This document shows, piece by piece, positions 14,594 through 26,575 of a stretch of 64,000 nt of DNA; the first letter of the stretch is position 1; every line of letters starts with the position of its first letter. Below the pieces are notes generated by a model. That model saw only the letters and a program-made list of their open reading frames with translations. It ran no database searches and had not been told where the DNA came from. Made by a program: the position numbers and the translations under genes. Source of the stretch: Felis catus (lineage: Eukaryota); assembly GCF_018350175.1 (NCBI RefSeq), contig NC_058368.1:87050001-87114000 (forward strand). Direction: 5' to 3'.

Positions 14594-15526
14594 TCATGTT
14601 TCACTGAGCCATAATGTTCTATCAAGAATTTTTTTCATTGCTGCCTTTACTTCTTTGTTTCTCAGGGTGTAGATGAGAGGGTTCAGTATGGGGGTCACCA
14701 CAGTGTAGAAAAGGGAAACAAACTTTCCTTGGTCTTTGGATCTGCTCTTGGCTGGCTGCAGGTACATGAAGATGATGGTTCCATAGAAGATTATGACAAC
14801 CATTAAGTGGGAGGAACAGGTCCCAAATGCCTTGTGTCATCCGATGGCTGACTTGATCTTCAGTACTGCTCTGGCAATGTTCCAGTAGGAGATCAGGATG
14901 AGTGATAAAGGCACCACCAGGAATAAAACACTAGCCGCAAATAGCTCCTCTTGATTGAAAGTCGTTTCCACACAAGCCAACTTGATGAGCACAGGGACCT
15001 CACAGACAAAATGATCCACTTGGTGATGCCCACAGAAAGGCAACTGCAGGGTGAGAGTGGACTGTATAAGAGTGGTAGCTACCCCACTGAGCCATGCCAC
15101 AGATGCCAGGGTATGACAGAGGCTGGGGCGCACGGCAAAGGCATAATGTAGAGGACGGCAGACAGCGATGTACCGATCACAGGACATCACAGCCAGGAGG
15201 ACACACTCCGTGGATCCCAGGGCAAGAGAGACATAGAGCTGAACCACACAGCCACCATAAATGATGGACTTATCTGAACCACCCAGGTTGACTAGAAGCT
15301 GAGGAATAATGCTGCTGGTGAAACAGAGGTCCAGGAGGGAGAGGTGGGAGAGGAAAAAGTACGTTGGGGTGTGCAGTTTAGAGTCCAAGAGGGAAACTAG
15401 GATGATGGTAACATTGCCTTGGTAAAGACACAAGATTACCCCAAAAAGAACCAGCTCTAGCTGAGGCCGGTCACAAAAGCCTACCAAAATGAACCCAGGG
15501 AAGGTGCTGTCATTGGTCAAACACAT
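14594..15526 (-). pseudogene. OR2G2: Olfactory receptor family 2 subfamily G member 2-like pseudogene
   Basis: Motifs [59 protein letters not shown] and [12 protein letters not shown] match recalled OR2G2. In-frame TGA at 14837-14839 separates ORFs 14837-15526 and 14594-14803 (same frame, 933 nt in total). TM1 is 4 codons short (LYQGN). PMYFF is changed to PTYFF. Confidence 0.9.
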
Positions 15527-16069
15527 TACTCTTGCTGTGATTATTAACTTCAGAGTGATAAAGTCACATGAAACAGAATCTGCAGGGATTTTATATCAAT
15601 TCCTTCACAGTTAAGGTCTAAGTGTTGAAAAATAAGACTTTGGATGTAGGTAAAGATAAAGAGCCAATGTAGAGAATACCATGTGCAATGTCACTTATTA
15701 TCCCATGAAGTGGCATATGTGGTCTGTGGATCATAGGTTTTCATTCTACCTTGAGGACAAAATAAAAGTCAAAATGCATCAAGGATAAGTCTTCCCCTCA
15801 GTGTCTTATCAATAACATTTTTTAATAATAATAATAATAAAATTTTGTAGGAAATGTGGGAATTCAAAACACCATACTGTATTCTCAGAATCTATCAAAT
15901 GGATAGGTAAGTAAGGTAAGAACATGATGAAATGTCAGAATGTACAACATGTCATCTGGGTAAGCAATGTGTTATGAGAATGCAGAGTAGGGAAAAGAAT
16001 CTATAGAGGGAAAATTTAGATTAAGTCAAGGGTAAGATTATATCTTGCTCTTAAAAAAATGAGAAGGAA

Positions 16070-16222
16070 GGAACGCATGGGTGCCTCAGTCAGTTGAGCA
16101 TCTGACTCTTGATTTCAGCTCAGGTCAGAATCCCAGGGTCATAGGATCCAGTCTCCATATGGGGTTCCATGCTGAGGGTGTAGCCTGCTTGGGATTCTCT
16201 CTCTGTGTCTGCCCCTCTCCCC

Positions 16223-16277
<55 letters not shown>

Positions 16278-16283
16278 ACAAAA
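16070..16283 (+). mobile_element. Can-SINE, older subfamily with long (CT)n
   Basis: gggtgcctcagtcagttgagc head; TSD aaaaatgag. Confidence 0.9.
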
Positions 16284-16585
16284 ATGAGGAGAGCAATAAA
16301 AAAAACAGAATTTCACGATGGTAAAAATGAGGACAGAAATGGATAGTACACTATATAATGCCATCAGATAAATGAACTAAACTAAATTTGAGGTGTGATT
16401 ATTGCATATGCTGGGTATGCCATATAACAGAATATAATATTTACAAGGTAAATTTGAGCCATTTTTTCAAAGACCATAAACATTCGTAAACATTATTTGG
16501 ATAGAAGAGGTTCTTGTTCGGAGGGTTTTTGTTGGGTTTGAATTTTCATTTTCAAGATAAATATGACTATACAATATAGAAGATT

Positions 16586-16784
16586 TTTTTTGAGAGTTAC
16601 CAGAGGAGAGATGGGTGAGGGTGAGGGGCATGAATTAAACAGGGGATAGGGATGAAGTAGTGCACTGTTGTGATGAACACTAGTCCATGGAATTATTGAA
16701 TCACTAAATCCTACTCCTGAAACTAATATTTCACTGTATGTTAACTATCTGGAATTTAAATAGAAACTTGGGAGAAAAAAGAAG
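16586..16784 (+). mobile_element. Short carnivore L1 3'UTR insertion
   Basis: tcactaaatcctactcctgaaactaata 3' end; perfect 14-bp TSD caatatagaagatt (16572-16585 / 16785-16798). Confidence 0.9.
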
Positions 16785-17749
16785 CAATATAGAAGATTCT
16801 TAAAAAGAAGACACTCTAGTCCAGAAACTATATAGGCAGCTAACATAACAGAGAACAAACACAATGTTATGAATTTAGGAGAGAATGAAGGTGATGTAAA
16901 TAAAATGCAAGAAATGCTGCAGAGAGCTAAGTGAAATCATTAAGATTTAACTATCAGTGGGATATTGGACTGGTGACTAGGAAGAAGTTAAATTGTTGAA
17001 GTTTTACATATGATGAAAAAAAGTAGATTGAGTAATTAAGAATAGCCTGTGTCTACTAAGTCTCAAGTTACTTGGTGATGCCAGGAATAATCATACTGAT
17101 AAATTCTACACAAAGAATAGGATTGGGAACCATTGTTTTGATGTTCTCCTTGGGATAAATACTTGGACCCAAAGTCTCACCTAAGCTGTGACACATTGAT
17201 ACCTGCTACTTATTTAACACCTCCCACAATTTAGATTCTATATAAACATGTAAGTCATATATATATATAATTTATATGACTATGATTATAGCACAATAAT
17301 ATGATTAGGGAAGCTAAATTAATATAAGCACTATCCCACCTCAAAACCTTAGATGTCTGAAGAACAATATGGAAAATCAATCACTGTGATCTCCAGCCTC
17401 TTAAAAAATAAATGCAGCTGAAAGAGGTAACACATTAAGACCCTAAGTCTTTACTCTGAAGTTGTGTCTCAACAATCCTCTTGAGCTTTTACTTTTTTGC
17501 TGACTATATTTCTTTATACTATCAAGTTTGTTGTCTTCATCCAAGTTTTACAAATTTCTTTTTTTGTGGTATTAAAATGGACTTAAAACTAGTGTCCTTC
17601 CACCAGAACACAATTGAAGCCATATTCACTGTCTTAGATACACATGCAATCATTGTCACTTCAATGATAATGTAAGTCTATAAAGCATGATAAAAAATCA
17701 AGGACTTTGGTAACAGAAAAAGCTTAAGTTTTAATTCCTAGTAATCTAC

Positions 17750-17935
17750 AGTTTGGTTGTGCACCTTGAGTAAAGCACTAGGTATCGTTGAGCTGTGGTT
17801 TGTTTGTCTGTGACATGGAGATGATAAATAGTTCTCATTTACAGGGATAGTGTAAGGACTGTATGAGATGGTAGCTCTATAGTACCATGCTATGGCTGGA
17901 AATGAACATGGGTAAATAAACAATGTATTCAATTT
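17750..17935 (+). mobile_element. MIR
   Basis: Degenerate core gtttgtttgtctgtgacatggagatgataa...cagggatagtgtaaggact. Confidence 0.6.
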
Positions 17936-18399
17936 TGAGTAGGAATATTCAGTGGTAAAGTCATAAATGCTTCATATTGTTTACAAACCCCTCAATATTT
18001 GTCTAAACCTAACTTGCCAGCTTTTGATGCCTCCTTCCAAGCCACAGAAGGAAGTACTTCCAGTTCTCTCAACTGAGAGTGTGGTTTTCCATTCCCAAGT
18101 TCTATCACCTGCTGTGATTTTCATAGTATTTGCTCACTGCATCTGCCTACATATTTTTACACATCTATTAAGACTTGGTTCAAATAACACTTTCTGTGAA
18201 TCTTTACAGAAAAGTTGCCTTTTCCAATTCATTTCTACATCACTCTGTATGCATTTCTATGTTTACACATTGTTAGCATTAAAAGATATCAAATGTAATA
18301 TGCCACTTATCTTGATGACCTTAACTCCAAAACATGATTGTGAAATCAATATATGTGTGTGTATAAATGAATGAAAATAAAAATGAAGATTTTATCACT

Positions 18400-18760
18400 T
18401 ATTTCATTATATATATAATCTGCCATCATTTAATGTATATTATTAATTATATTTATATAAATTTAATATATAACGTAATACTGATCTTTTATCTTTACCA
18501 TGGAATACATTATAAATACAATATATAATATGGTTAATATAATATACAAAACATATCATATTTGTAGAATATATAATGAAATTCATGATAAAACTATAGA
18601 ATCTATAAAAATAAGCATATGATATATAGTCATATGCACATTATATTTAAATTTATATAATAAATATTAATATAAGCTAATGTATGTACTATAATAAATA
18701 TAATGAATATATTATATATTACATATAATTAAAAATTGATAAAAATAAAAGATAATAGAT
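18400..18760. repeat. AT-rich low-complexity tract
   Basis: Nearly all A/T, TA-rich. Confidence 0.8.
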
Positions 18761-19267
18761 GTAAAGAAATAAAACATTGGAAATAGGTAAAGAGAAAGTG
18801 TTAAAACAGAGAATACTAGAGTAAAACAAAAGTTAGAATGTATTCAGGTTAATGTTTTCTCCACTTTTGTCACTATCAAATATATTTACATATAATTTAT
18901 ACATATATGGTATGTGTATATAAAATTCAACGTGACTTCACACACTGTTCAAGACATATTTTTCTCTTTTCAGCAACAGGTTTTAAGGTACTTTATCGAC
19001 ATTAGATGTATAACTATTACTTAACTATTTCTCATTGGACATTATATCAATTAATGTATCCACCAGTATTTATTCAATAGATACTGTGTTTCAGACTGTA
19101 TGCTAGATATCAGGAATATGACAATAAAAATGCATAAATTTTGTTATCATGAACTTTGTTGCCATCATGAGACCAAAAAAATAAGCACAATAAGAAGTTT
19201 TAGGTGTGACTGCATGGAAAATCTTAATTGCATTCTACAATGACTAACAAAAGTGAGGAAGAAGGAT

Positions 19268-19506
19268 GTTGCACCTGAGTGGCTCAGTCAGATGAGTGTC
19301 CAACTCCTGATTTTGGCTCAATGATCCCAGGGTCATGAGATAGAGCCCCGCAGTGGGTTCCATGCTGAGCATGGAGCCTGCTTAAGACTCTCTCTCTCTC
19401 TCCCTTTCTCTCTCTTTCTCTCTGTCTCTCTGTCCTTCTCCCCTTCTCATGCATTCTCTCTGTCGAAAGAGAGAAAGAAAGAAAGAAAGAAAGAAGAAAG
19501 AAGAAA

Positions 19507-19559
<53 letters not shown>

Positions 19560-19570
19560 AGAAGGAAAAA
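19268..19570 (+). mobile_element. Can-SINE with expanded (GAAA)n tail
   Basis: Head gcacctgagtggctcag; (GAAA)n about 19465-19565. Confidence 0.92.
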
Positions 19571-19721
19571 GAGAATGGAGAGAAAGAAGGAGATGCAAGA
19601 AGATTGAGGGAAGCAGATTTGAGTTCTCAAGGTTATAAAATATTCTTGAGTTGAGCAAGGTTGCTCCAGGAAGGAAAAGCAGTCTGATTGTTGATTCAAA
19701 GTCTTGAAATAATTGAGCATA

Positions 19722-19928
19722 AGGGGGCCTGGGTGGCTCAGTAGGTTAAGTATCTGACTTCAGCTTAGGTCATGATTTCACAGTCCATGAGTTCAGGCCC
19801 TGCATCGGGCTCTGTGCTGACAGCTTGGAGCCTGGAGCCTGCTTCAGATTCTGTGTCTCCCTCTCTGCCCCTCCCCTGTTCACACTCTCTCTCTCTCAAA
19901 AATAAAATAAACATTAAAAATTTTTAAA
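19722..19928 (+). mobile_element. Can-SINE (SINEC_Fc)
   Basis: TSD ataattgagcat on both sides. Confidence 0.95.
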
Positions 19929-21499
19929 TAATAATTGAGCATCATCTTCTATCATTGGTGGGGTTGTGTGTGTTGCTGGATGTAGATTATAAGAGTTGGA
20001 GAAAAAAGGGGTTATAGAGACTGAAACCAGCAATAGATCAATCTTAGGACATGCTCTTTAGGTACTAGAAGTTCAAATGACATTTTTACAAACTATGAAA
20101 ACCATGTGAAAAATTTTACAAAAAGGAATGTTAAGAAATGACTTTGAAGACTTCAGTGACTGAGTGAGAGTAACAAAGTCTGAAATGGAGGGATGGAAAG
20201 GATATGGGTATAGGGTCCATTGACCTCTGTTTTTTTTTTCCACTGTCTCTGGCCCAATTTATGTCTTTACCTAAAAGTAAATGCATCTTGTTGGTGTTTT
20301 TGAATAGGACATTCTGATAAAAGAATTCCAAGTCGGTTTTCTCTTTATCTACAAATGTTGATTATACAACATTTACATTATAACATTATAATATACAAAC
20401 ACCTGGAAGTCCAGCTTTTCCATCCACATGCAAATAAAATATTAACTAAGAATGTAATTCTTCCGAATTTCTAACAGGAGGGTCATTGGTTCTAAAACAG
20501 CCATAGGTCATTTCTATGAACAATCCCTTCATAGTAATCATGCCTAGACATGTAAAGAAGTATGCAGGAAGGAGAATAAAATTAGAAGAAAAAAATAGAC
20601 ATGAGACAAGCAATAAAAATGTAACAATGGTTTAATAGGTATCAATAGATAGTTCAGGGGAAAGAACTCATGATGCATTTCAAAGAGATAATTTACAAGG
20701 CTGTTGAAAATAGACATAAGCTTTTAAGTTCTTAAACTTTTTAAGGTCCTTTGTGATATTATAAATATCAAGTTCAGAATTCCAGTTTCAATAGCTATGT
20801 AAATCAATGTTTCTATGTACCCCCTAATTCAAATACCCTGATATGTTTCCCCCTTGCTGGAAGAATGTGTGAGTTCTCCCATGGGGGTGCTACCAACTGG
20901 GAACAATCAATATCCAATTGGAAAGTGACCTGAAAGTGAAGGAATAGCCTGGTCTGCCTCTGTAGGGAAGTGGTCATCAGAATATCCCTCTAAAGTCTGA
21001 GGCACTGAGAGAACTTCCAGGGCAAACATCCAGGTCTGACCTCAAATCAGGTGCTCAGAAAATAAACCCTTTGGTGCCTCTCCCATTGATGAGCTGCTTC
21101 CCTCTACATAACCAAATGCACCACCTGGTCTTGATGTTTTGCTACAGAAAGTTTCTTCCTGCTCTTACTTTTTTTTTTTTTTAAAGAACAGAAAATGTTT
21201 TGTCCTGTTAATGGTGTATTTATCTTGAGAGAATGCTGAGACTGTAATCTGTGCTGCTGCCCAGGAATTCACCAGATGGATGAGAATTCATGCTCAGGAT
21301 AATCACTGACTCCCTCACTAACCTTGATAAATGATTTCCTGTCCTTAAAACTAACTTTCTCCATATATAAGGTGAAGCTGGTAACATCAGTTTCTCCATG
21401 CAATTAAGACATGTTGCCAAGAGGAATTATAAATATCTGAGTACCTACACTGAGACTTAACAGTCCAACCATGAGCTCATGGTGATCATGGTATAATGC

Positions 21500-21710
21500 A
21501 CACTTATGGAGGACTCATTATATACCTCAAATTCTGTTCTGAGGACCTATCTTCTGTGAACCCACTTAATTCTCTTCATGATGAAATAATCAACATGGAT
21601 GAGAAAACTGAGGCTGAGAGTGAAGAAGTGACATGCCCAGAATGACCTTAGCGGCAAAGCCAGAATCCAAGCACAGGTATTTGCATTCCCAAGCCCCCCA
21701 CACTATACTG
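21500..21710 (-). mobile_element. MIR
   Basis: gatgagaaaactgaggctgagag...aagtgacatgcccag core. Confidence 0.75.
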
Positions 21711-22735
21711 GACTCCTGGATTTCTGCTGAAATGGGATAAATGGACATTCATGTAACTGCTACGTAACTACAATTACCTTCTAAGTCATCTCTTTATTGT
21801 GTTATTCATAGTGCTTTGCTTTCTTGTAAGCTATTTGTTTCAGTGAAAAATAACTCTGCTTTGAATTACAGCTTTCAGCTTCCAAGGTTGTGTTGATCAC
21901 TTAGAGAACTCTCAGATATTTAATGCTTTAACACTTGGTATTTACACTGCAAGATGCAGTGTGGACACAGTGTCTTCTTGTGACATATCAATTCCCATTT
22001 CAAATATGCATATCTGAATGTGCTGTTTTGGGTTACAGAGAGAAAGAATGATTGAAAAATAATATGTAGATAAGGCCAATGACAGGTGAAGTTCTGATAA
22101 ATATTGGGAGCTGATAGTGGAAAGGAAATGAAGGGCATAAGAAATACAATCTTCAGATAACTGGCAGATATGATACAGCTTTGCAGCTTCTGGAGCTGAA
22201 GATATTAATTAAATCAGTTGAGTAAACTCTGGCACGAATGAGGCTGATGTTTAGAGCTTAATCTCAAGGTGATGTTTTTTAGGTTCAGAAGTGTACATCA
22301 CAAAACAATGTGTGAAGATGAATGGCAGTCTAGAAAATGTTACTAGTGTTGAACACAATGGACGCTAAACCACTATGTCTAAGTATATTTTACTCCAATT
22401 AATGTAAAATGGGGTTATTTGGTTAGATTTTATGAAACAAATGTTACTTATGGGAGAAAAAAATATTGGAAAAATCTTACCAAAATTCCCCTTGAAACCT
22501 TATGATAAAAGCCTTTATGTGTAATTGTTACTCTGAGCTGCCCAGTGTGAATTACATAGCTGACCCTTGCTTTCATAGGGGACTCACACCATTCCCGCAA
22601 GAAACATTTGATCTGATCTTAGTTTTATTTTCTTTTTCTTTTTTTTGACAAATTCCCCCCTTTTTCCTGAAATAGAATAAAATAATAGAGAAGAAAATTG
22701 AACTGTGAGCCGATTGGGTTATTAAAATGTAATTA

Positions 22736-22945
22736 TTTAAACTGATGGTTACCAGAGGGGGTGTGGGTGGGAGGATGGGTTAAAAAGGTGGTGGGAACTA
22801 AGGAAGGCACTTGCTGTGATGAGCACCAGGTGTTGTATGGAAGTGTTGAATCAGTAAATTCTACACCTGAAACTAATATTACACTATATGTCAACTAGCT
22901 GGAATCTGATAAAAATTTTTTAAAAAATTTAAATAAAAATTAATT
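22736..22945 (+). mobile_element. Short carnivore L1 3'UTR insertion
   Basis: 3'UTR motifs; TSD attaaaat(g/t)taatt. Confidence 0.88.
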
Positions 22946-23387
22946 AATTAAAATTTAATTCTTCTCATAACCAAATTTAAGCATTGTCTAAGGTAGAAGC
23001 AATCTTTTCTACTATCTCATCTAAATGGTATGTATTACTATAAAGGAAATATAATTTAAAATATACTATTTTAAGTCCACAAACAGTAAGAAGAGGACCT
23101 TGTGTCTTCATGAATTTACCAAAGGAATGGGACTTTTGAAGCCATTCAGCAGGCAATCTCTCACAAACCTACTAGCATTTGTCCATTGGAATTGTATTAC
23201 CCACTTACCTTTGCTCCATCAGTCCAATACAACCTGCAACCAACTCATTGTAGATTCTAAAACTCCTAGTTTCATCTTTACATGCTTCTATTTTCACCTC
23301 TGGAAAAAGGAAATTAAAATTAAAATGACTCTGGATATGCTCTAAAGAAAAGCTTTTTTTTTTTTAATTTTAAAGTTATTTTAAGCC

Positions 23388-23602
23388 TGGGCACCTGGGT
23401 GGTTCAGTCAGTTGTGTCTGACTTCGATTCAAGTCATGATCTCATGGTTCATGAGTTTGATCCCCATGTGAGGCTCTGTGCTGACAGCCGGAGCCTGGAT
23501 CCTGCTTTTGGATTCTGTGTCTCCTTCTCTTTTTGCTCCTCCCCTGTTCACACTTTCTCTCTCTCTCAAAAATAAATAAACATTAAAAATAAAATAAATA
23601 AA
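23388..23602 (+). mobile_element. Can-SINE (host of tandem pair)
   Basis: Outer TSD aaagtt(a/g)ttttaagcc at about 23372 and 23840 encloses both SINEs. Confidence 0.93.
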
Positions 23603-23840
23603 AGGGCACCTGGGTGGCTCAGTCGGTTGAGCGTCCGACTTCGGTTCAGGTCATGATCTCCTGGTTTGTGAGTTCGAGCCCCACGTCGGGCTCTGTGCTG
23701 ACAGCTCAGAGCCCAGAGCCTGCTTCAGATTCTGTGTCTCCTTCGCTCTCTGCCCCTCCCCCACTTGTGCTCTGTCTCTCTCTATCAAAAATAAATAATT
23801 CTAAAAAAAAAGTTTTACATAAATAAATAAAATAAAATAA
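23603..23840 (+). mobile_element. Can-SINE inserted in the A-tail of the previous SINE
   Basis: Complete head to tail, more CpGs retained than its host. Confidence 0.93.
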
Positions 23841-24894
23841 AGTTGTTTTAAGCCAACAAACTATGCATTATATCTAAATTTATGGCTCAGAAATGGAGCT
23901 TATGCAAATGCTTTAGAAATCTTTCTCTGACGCAATAGTTATTATCATAATTTGGCTGCAATTTAATCAACTCCCTTTATCCAACTCTAAAACATGAGCA
24001 TTTCCCTTTGGCCAGAACAGCAGTCCAACCAGAAGAATTGTAAGTCACATTTAAAACTTCCTTCCAGATGACATAACACCTAATTTTGAAGAATTTTTAA
24101 AAATTCTACTTTTAGAATAATCCATACTTGGAGCAGCACATTTGTAGTAGATGATGTTCTTTCTCCCTTGATGTCCAGAGGGTAGGCACAATTTATTCTG
24201 AAGTTGCCAGTTTCCCTGAAGGGTGGATGCTTGCATACTCTAGAGAGTAGTCATGGGTTGGTCTTCTGGGGTATCAAGCACCATAAGGAAACACTTATTA
24301 AACACAAGATGGCCAAGGAGAACAATGCATTATAATCCCTAAAGTCAAAATTTTTATCATTTGAAGCATTATTTTATAGCCTATGAAATTTCAGTAGTAT
24401 TTCTGGAAGCACTCAAGACAATTTTGAGCACATGTGGTCTTGCATGTGCCCAGCCAGCAAGCCAGCCAGTCAATGCCCTCTATCCATCCTGTCATGTTAA
24501 CATTTAATTTAATGATTTGTCATTATATTTTAAAATATCCCAAAGTTCTTAACACATTACAGGGCCCAGCATGATTTGTCTCAGCTTGCTTCTTCAACTG
24601 TATCTGATAGTCTTATTGGTGTTTTGTTTTGCTTTACATTTCTCAGATTTTAATTTCTCCCTTATATTGAGGCACTTAAACTGTCCTTCCTTAACATAAA
24701 AATGTTTTTCTCATAGCCTATCTATTCTTTATACTTCATTCTTTACATACCTTTTCCATACTGCCAGTTTGAAACAAATCTCTCATTTATCATACCTTTA
24801 TTTTTCTATAGAGAATCTAAAACCAATTAGAAAGTTATACAACTTGTTTTTAATGTCTGAATATTACCCTAGATCTGAAATTTGTGATGATATC

Positions 24895-25105
24895 TTTTTC
24901 TTTAAAGAGAGAGAGGGTTCAAGTGAGTGAGGGGTAGAGAGAGGTGAGAGAGAGAGAGAGAAAATTCCACGAGGGGCAGAGAGAGAGAGGGAGAGAGAGA
25001 AGCAAGGCTCACCCTGAGTGGGGCTTGTGCTCAAACTCACAAACCTTGAGATCATGAGCTGAACCAAAGTCCAATACTTAATGGACTGAGCCACCCAAGT
25101 GCCCC
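24895..25105 (-). mobile_element. Can-SINE
   Basis: Reverse head ctgagccacccaagtgcccc. Confidence 0.9.
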
Positions 25106-25905
25106 TGAACTTTTTGATAATATCTTAACAATTGTGTCACTAGCTCTTGAATGTCTGACACATAGCAGTTGAGCAATATATACTTTTAAATGGGATCGTT
25201 ATTTTAATCTACTTTCCATATTTACAGTTTCTACAAAAATTTCACATTTGAAATGTGTTTATATGAGCATGTAATACTTAATAATAATATGTACTGTATG
25301 TTACTAAAGTCAGGTATCATGTCTTACTAGTCTTTTAAACTTTCTTACAGTAATAAATGCATACTGAATTAAATTGAGTAGTAAATGAATAAAACTTATT
25401 TGGGAATTTTTAAGCAGGGTTTTATTCCATGGTCATTTCTTGTGTATTTATCTTCTTCTAGTCTCTGTACCACCTCCCCCACAAAAAAAAAAAAAAAAAA
25501 AAAAAAAAAAACAAGAAAAAAATGGAGATGTGGCAATGAACTTGCCCTCGGGCAGACCATCTGATAGCAGAAGAGTCTAGAATACATTGAATCTATTGTA
25601 TAAAGCCAATACAATGCCATGCTATCATGTAAGAAAAAAGAACAAAACTTTAATCTAGATTTTAAAAAGATAAAAAATCTACCTGAAACTCAATCTGAGC
25701 TTGAAAAAAATAAGTAATCCAAAGATATGATAAAAGAAAGTAAAGAAACTGTGCAAGAAAAATAAACAGAATGGAAAAAAATCTCAGAAAGAAAGAAAGA
25801 AACAAACCAGCTGACAAATGGAGATCAGTAAGGAATGTTTTTTTTTCTTTTAAATGACTAGGTCTAGGCTCAATGGATACATAAATAAAAAGAAAATTGC
25901 TGATA

Positions 25906-26140
25906 GGGCACCTGGGTGGCTCAGTTGGTTAAGCATCTGACTTTGACTCAGGTCATGATCTCATGGCTTGTGAGTTCGAGCCTTGTGTCAGGCTCTGTAC
26001 TGACATCTTGGAGCCTGGAGCCTATTTCATATTCTGTGTTTCCCTCTCTCTCTGTCCCTCCCCTTCTCACACTCTGTCTGTCTGTCTGTCTCTCTCAAAA
26101 ATAAATAAACATTAAAAATTATAAATAAATAAATAAAATA
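25906..26140 (+). mobile_element. Can-SINE (SINEC_Fc)
   Basis: TSD aaaattgctga. Confidence 0.94.
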
Positions 26141-26250
26141 AAATTGCTGAAAAGTTTCTGATCAGAATGATGAAAAAGTCTGGAAATTGATACAGATGTT
26201 TGCACAGCATTGTGACCATTTATTTCAACTAAATTGTATACTTATAATTT

Positions 26251-26485
26251 TGGGCACCTGGGTGGCTCAGTCGGTTAAGCGTCTGACTTCAACTCAGGTC
26301 GTCTGACTTCAACTCAGGTCGTGATTGAGCCCCTGGTTTGTGAATTCGAGCCCCACATCAGGCTCTGTGCTGACAGCTCAGAGCCTGCAGCCTGTTCTAG
26401 ATTCTGTCTCCCTTTCTCTCTGCCCCGCCCTGCTCACACTCTCTCTGTCTCTCAAAAATAAAAAAAAAAAAACATTCAAAGAAAT
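26251..26485 (+). mobile_element. Can-SINE with internal 20-bp tandem duplication
   Basis: gtctgacttcaactcaggtc x2 at 26281-26320. Confidence 0.94.
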
Positions 26486-26575
26486 AAGTGTACATTTTTT
26501 TATTTATGTATATTTTATCTCAAAAATTTTGGGATGTACATTTTACAATAGCAAAAAATAAAATTGCAGCTTTTT

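Noticed and set aside
17967..18374. 135-aa ORF as a third OR remnant
   Set aside because: No OR motifs (PMY, MAYDRY, KAFxTC, NPxIY).
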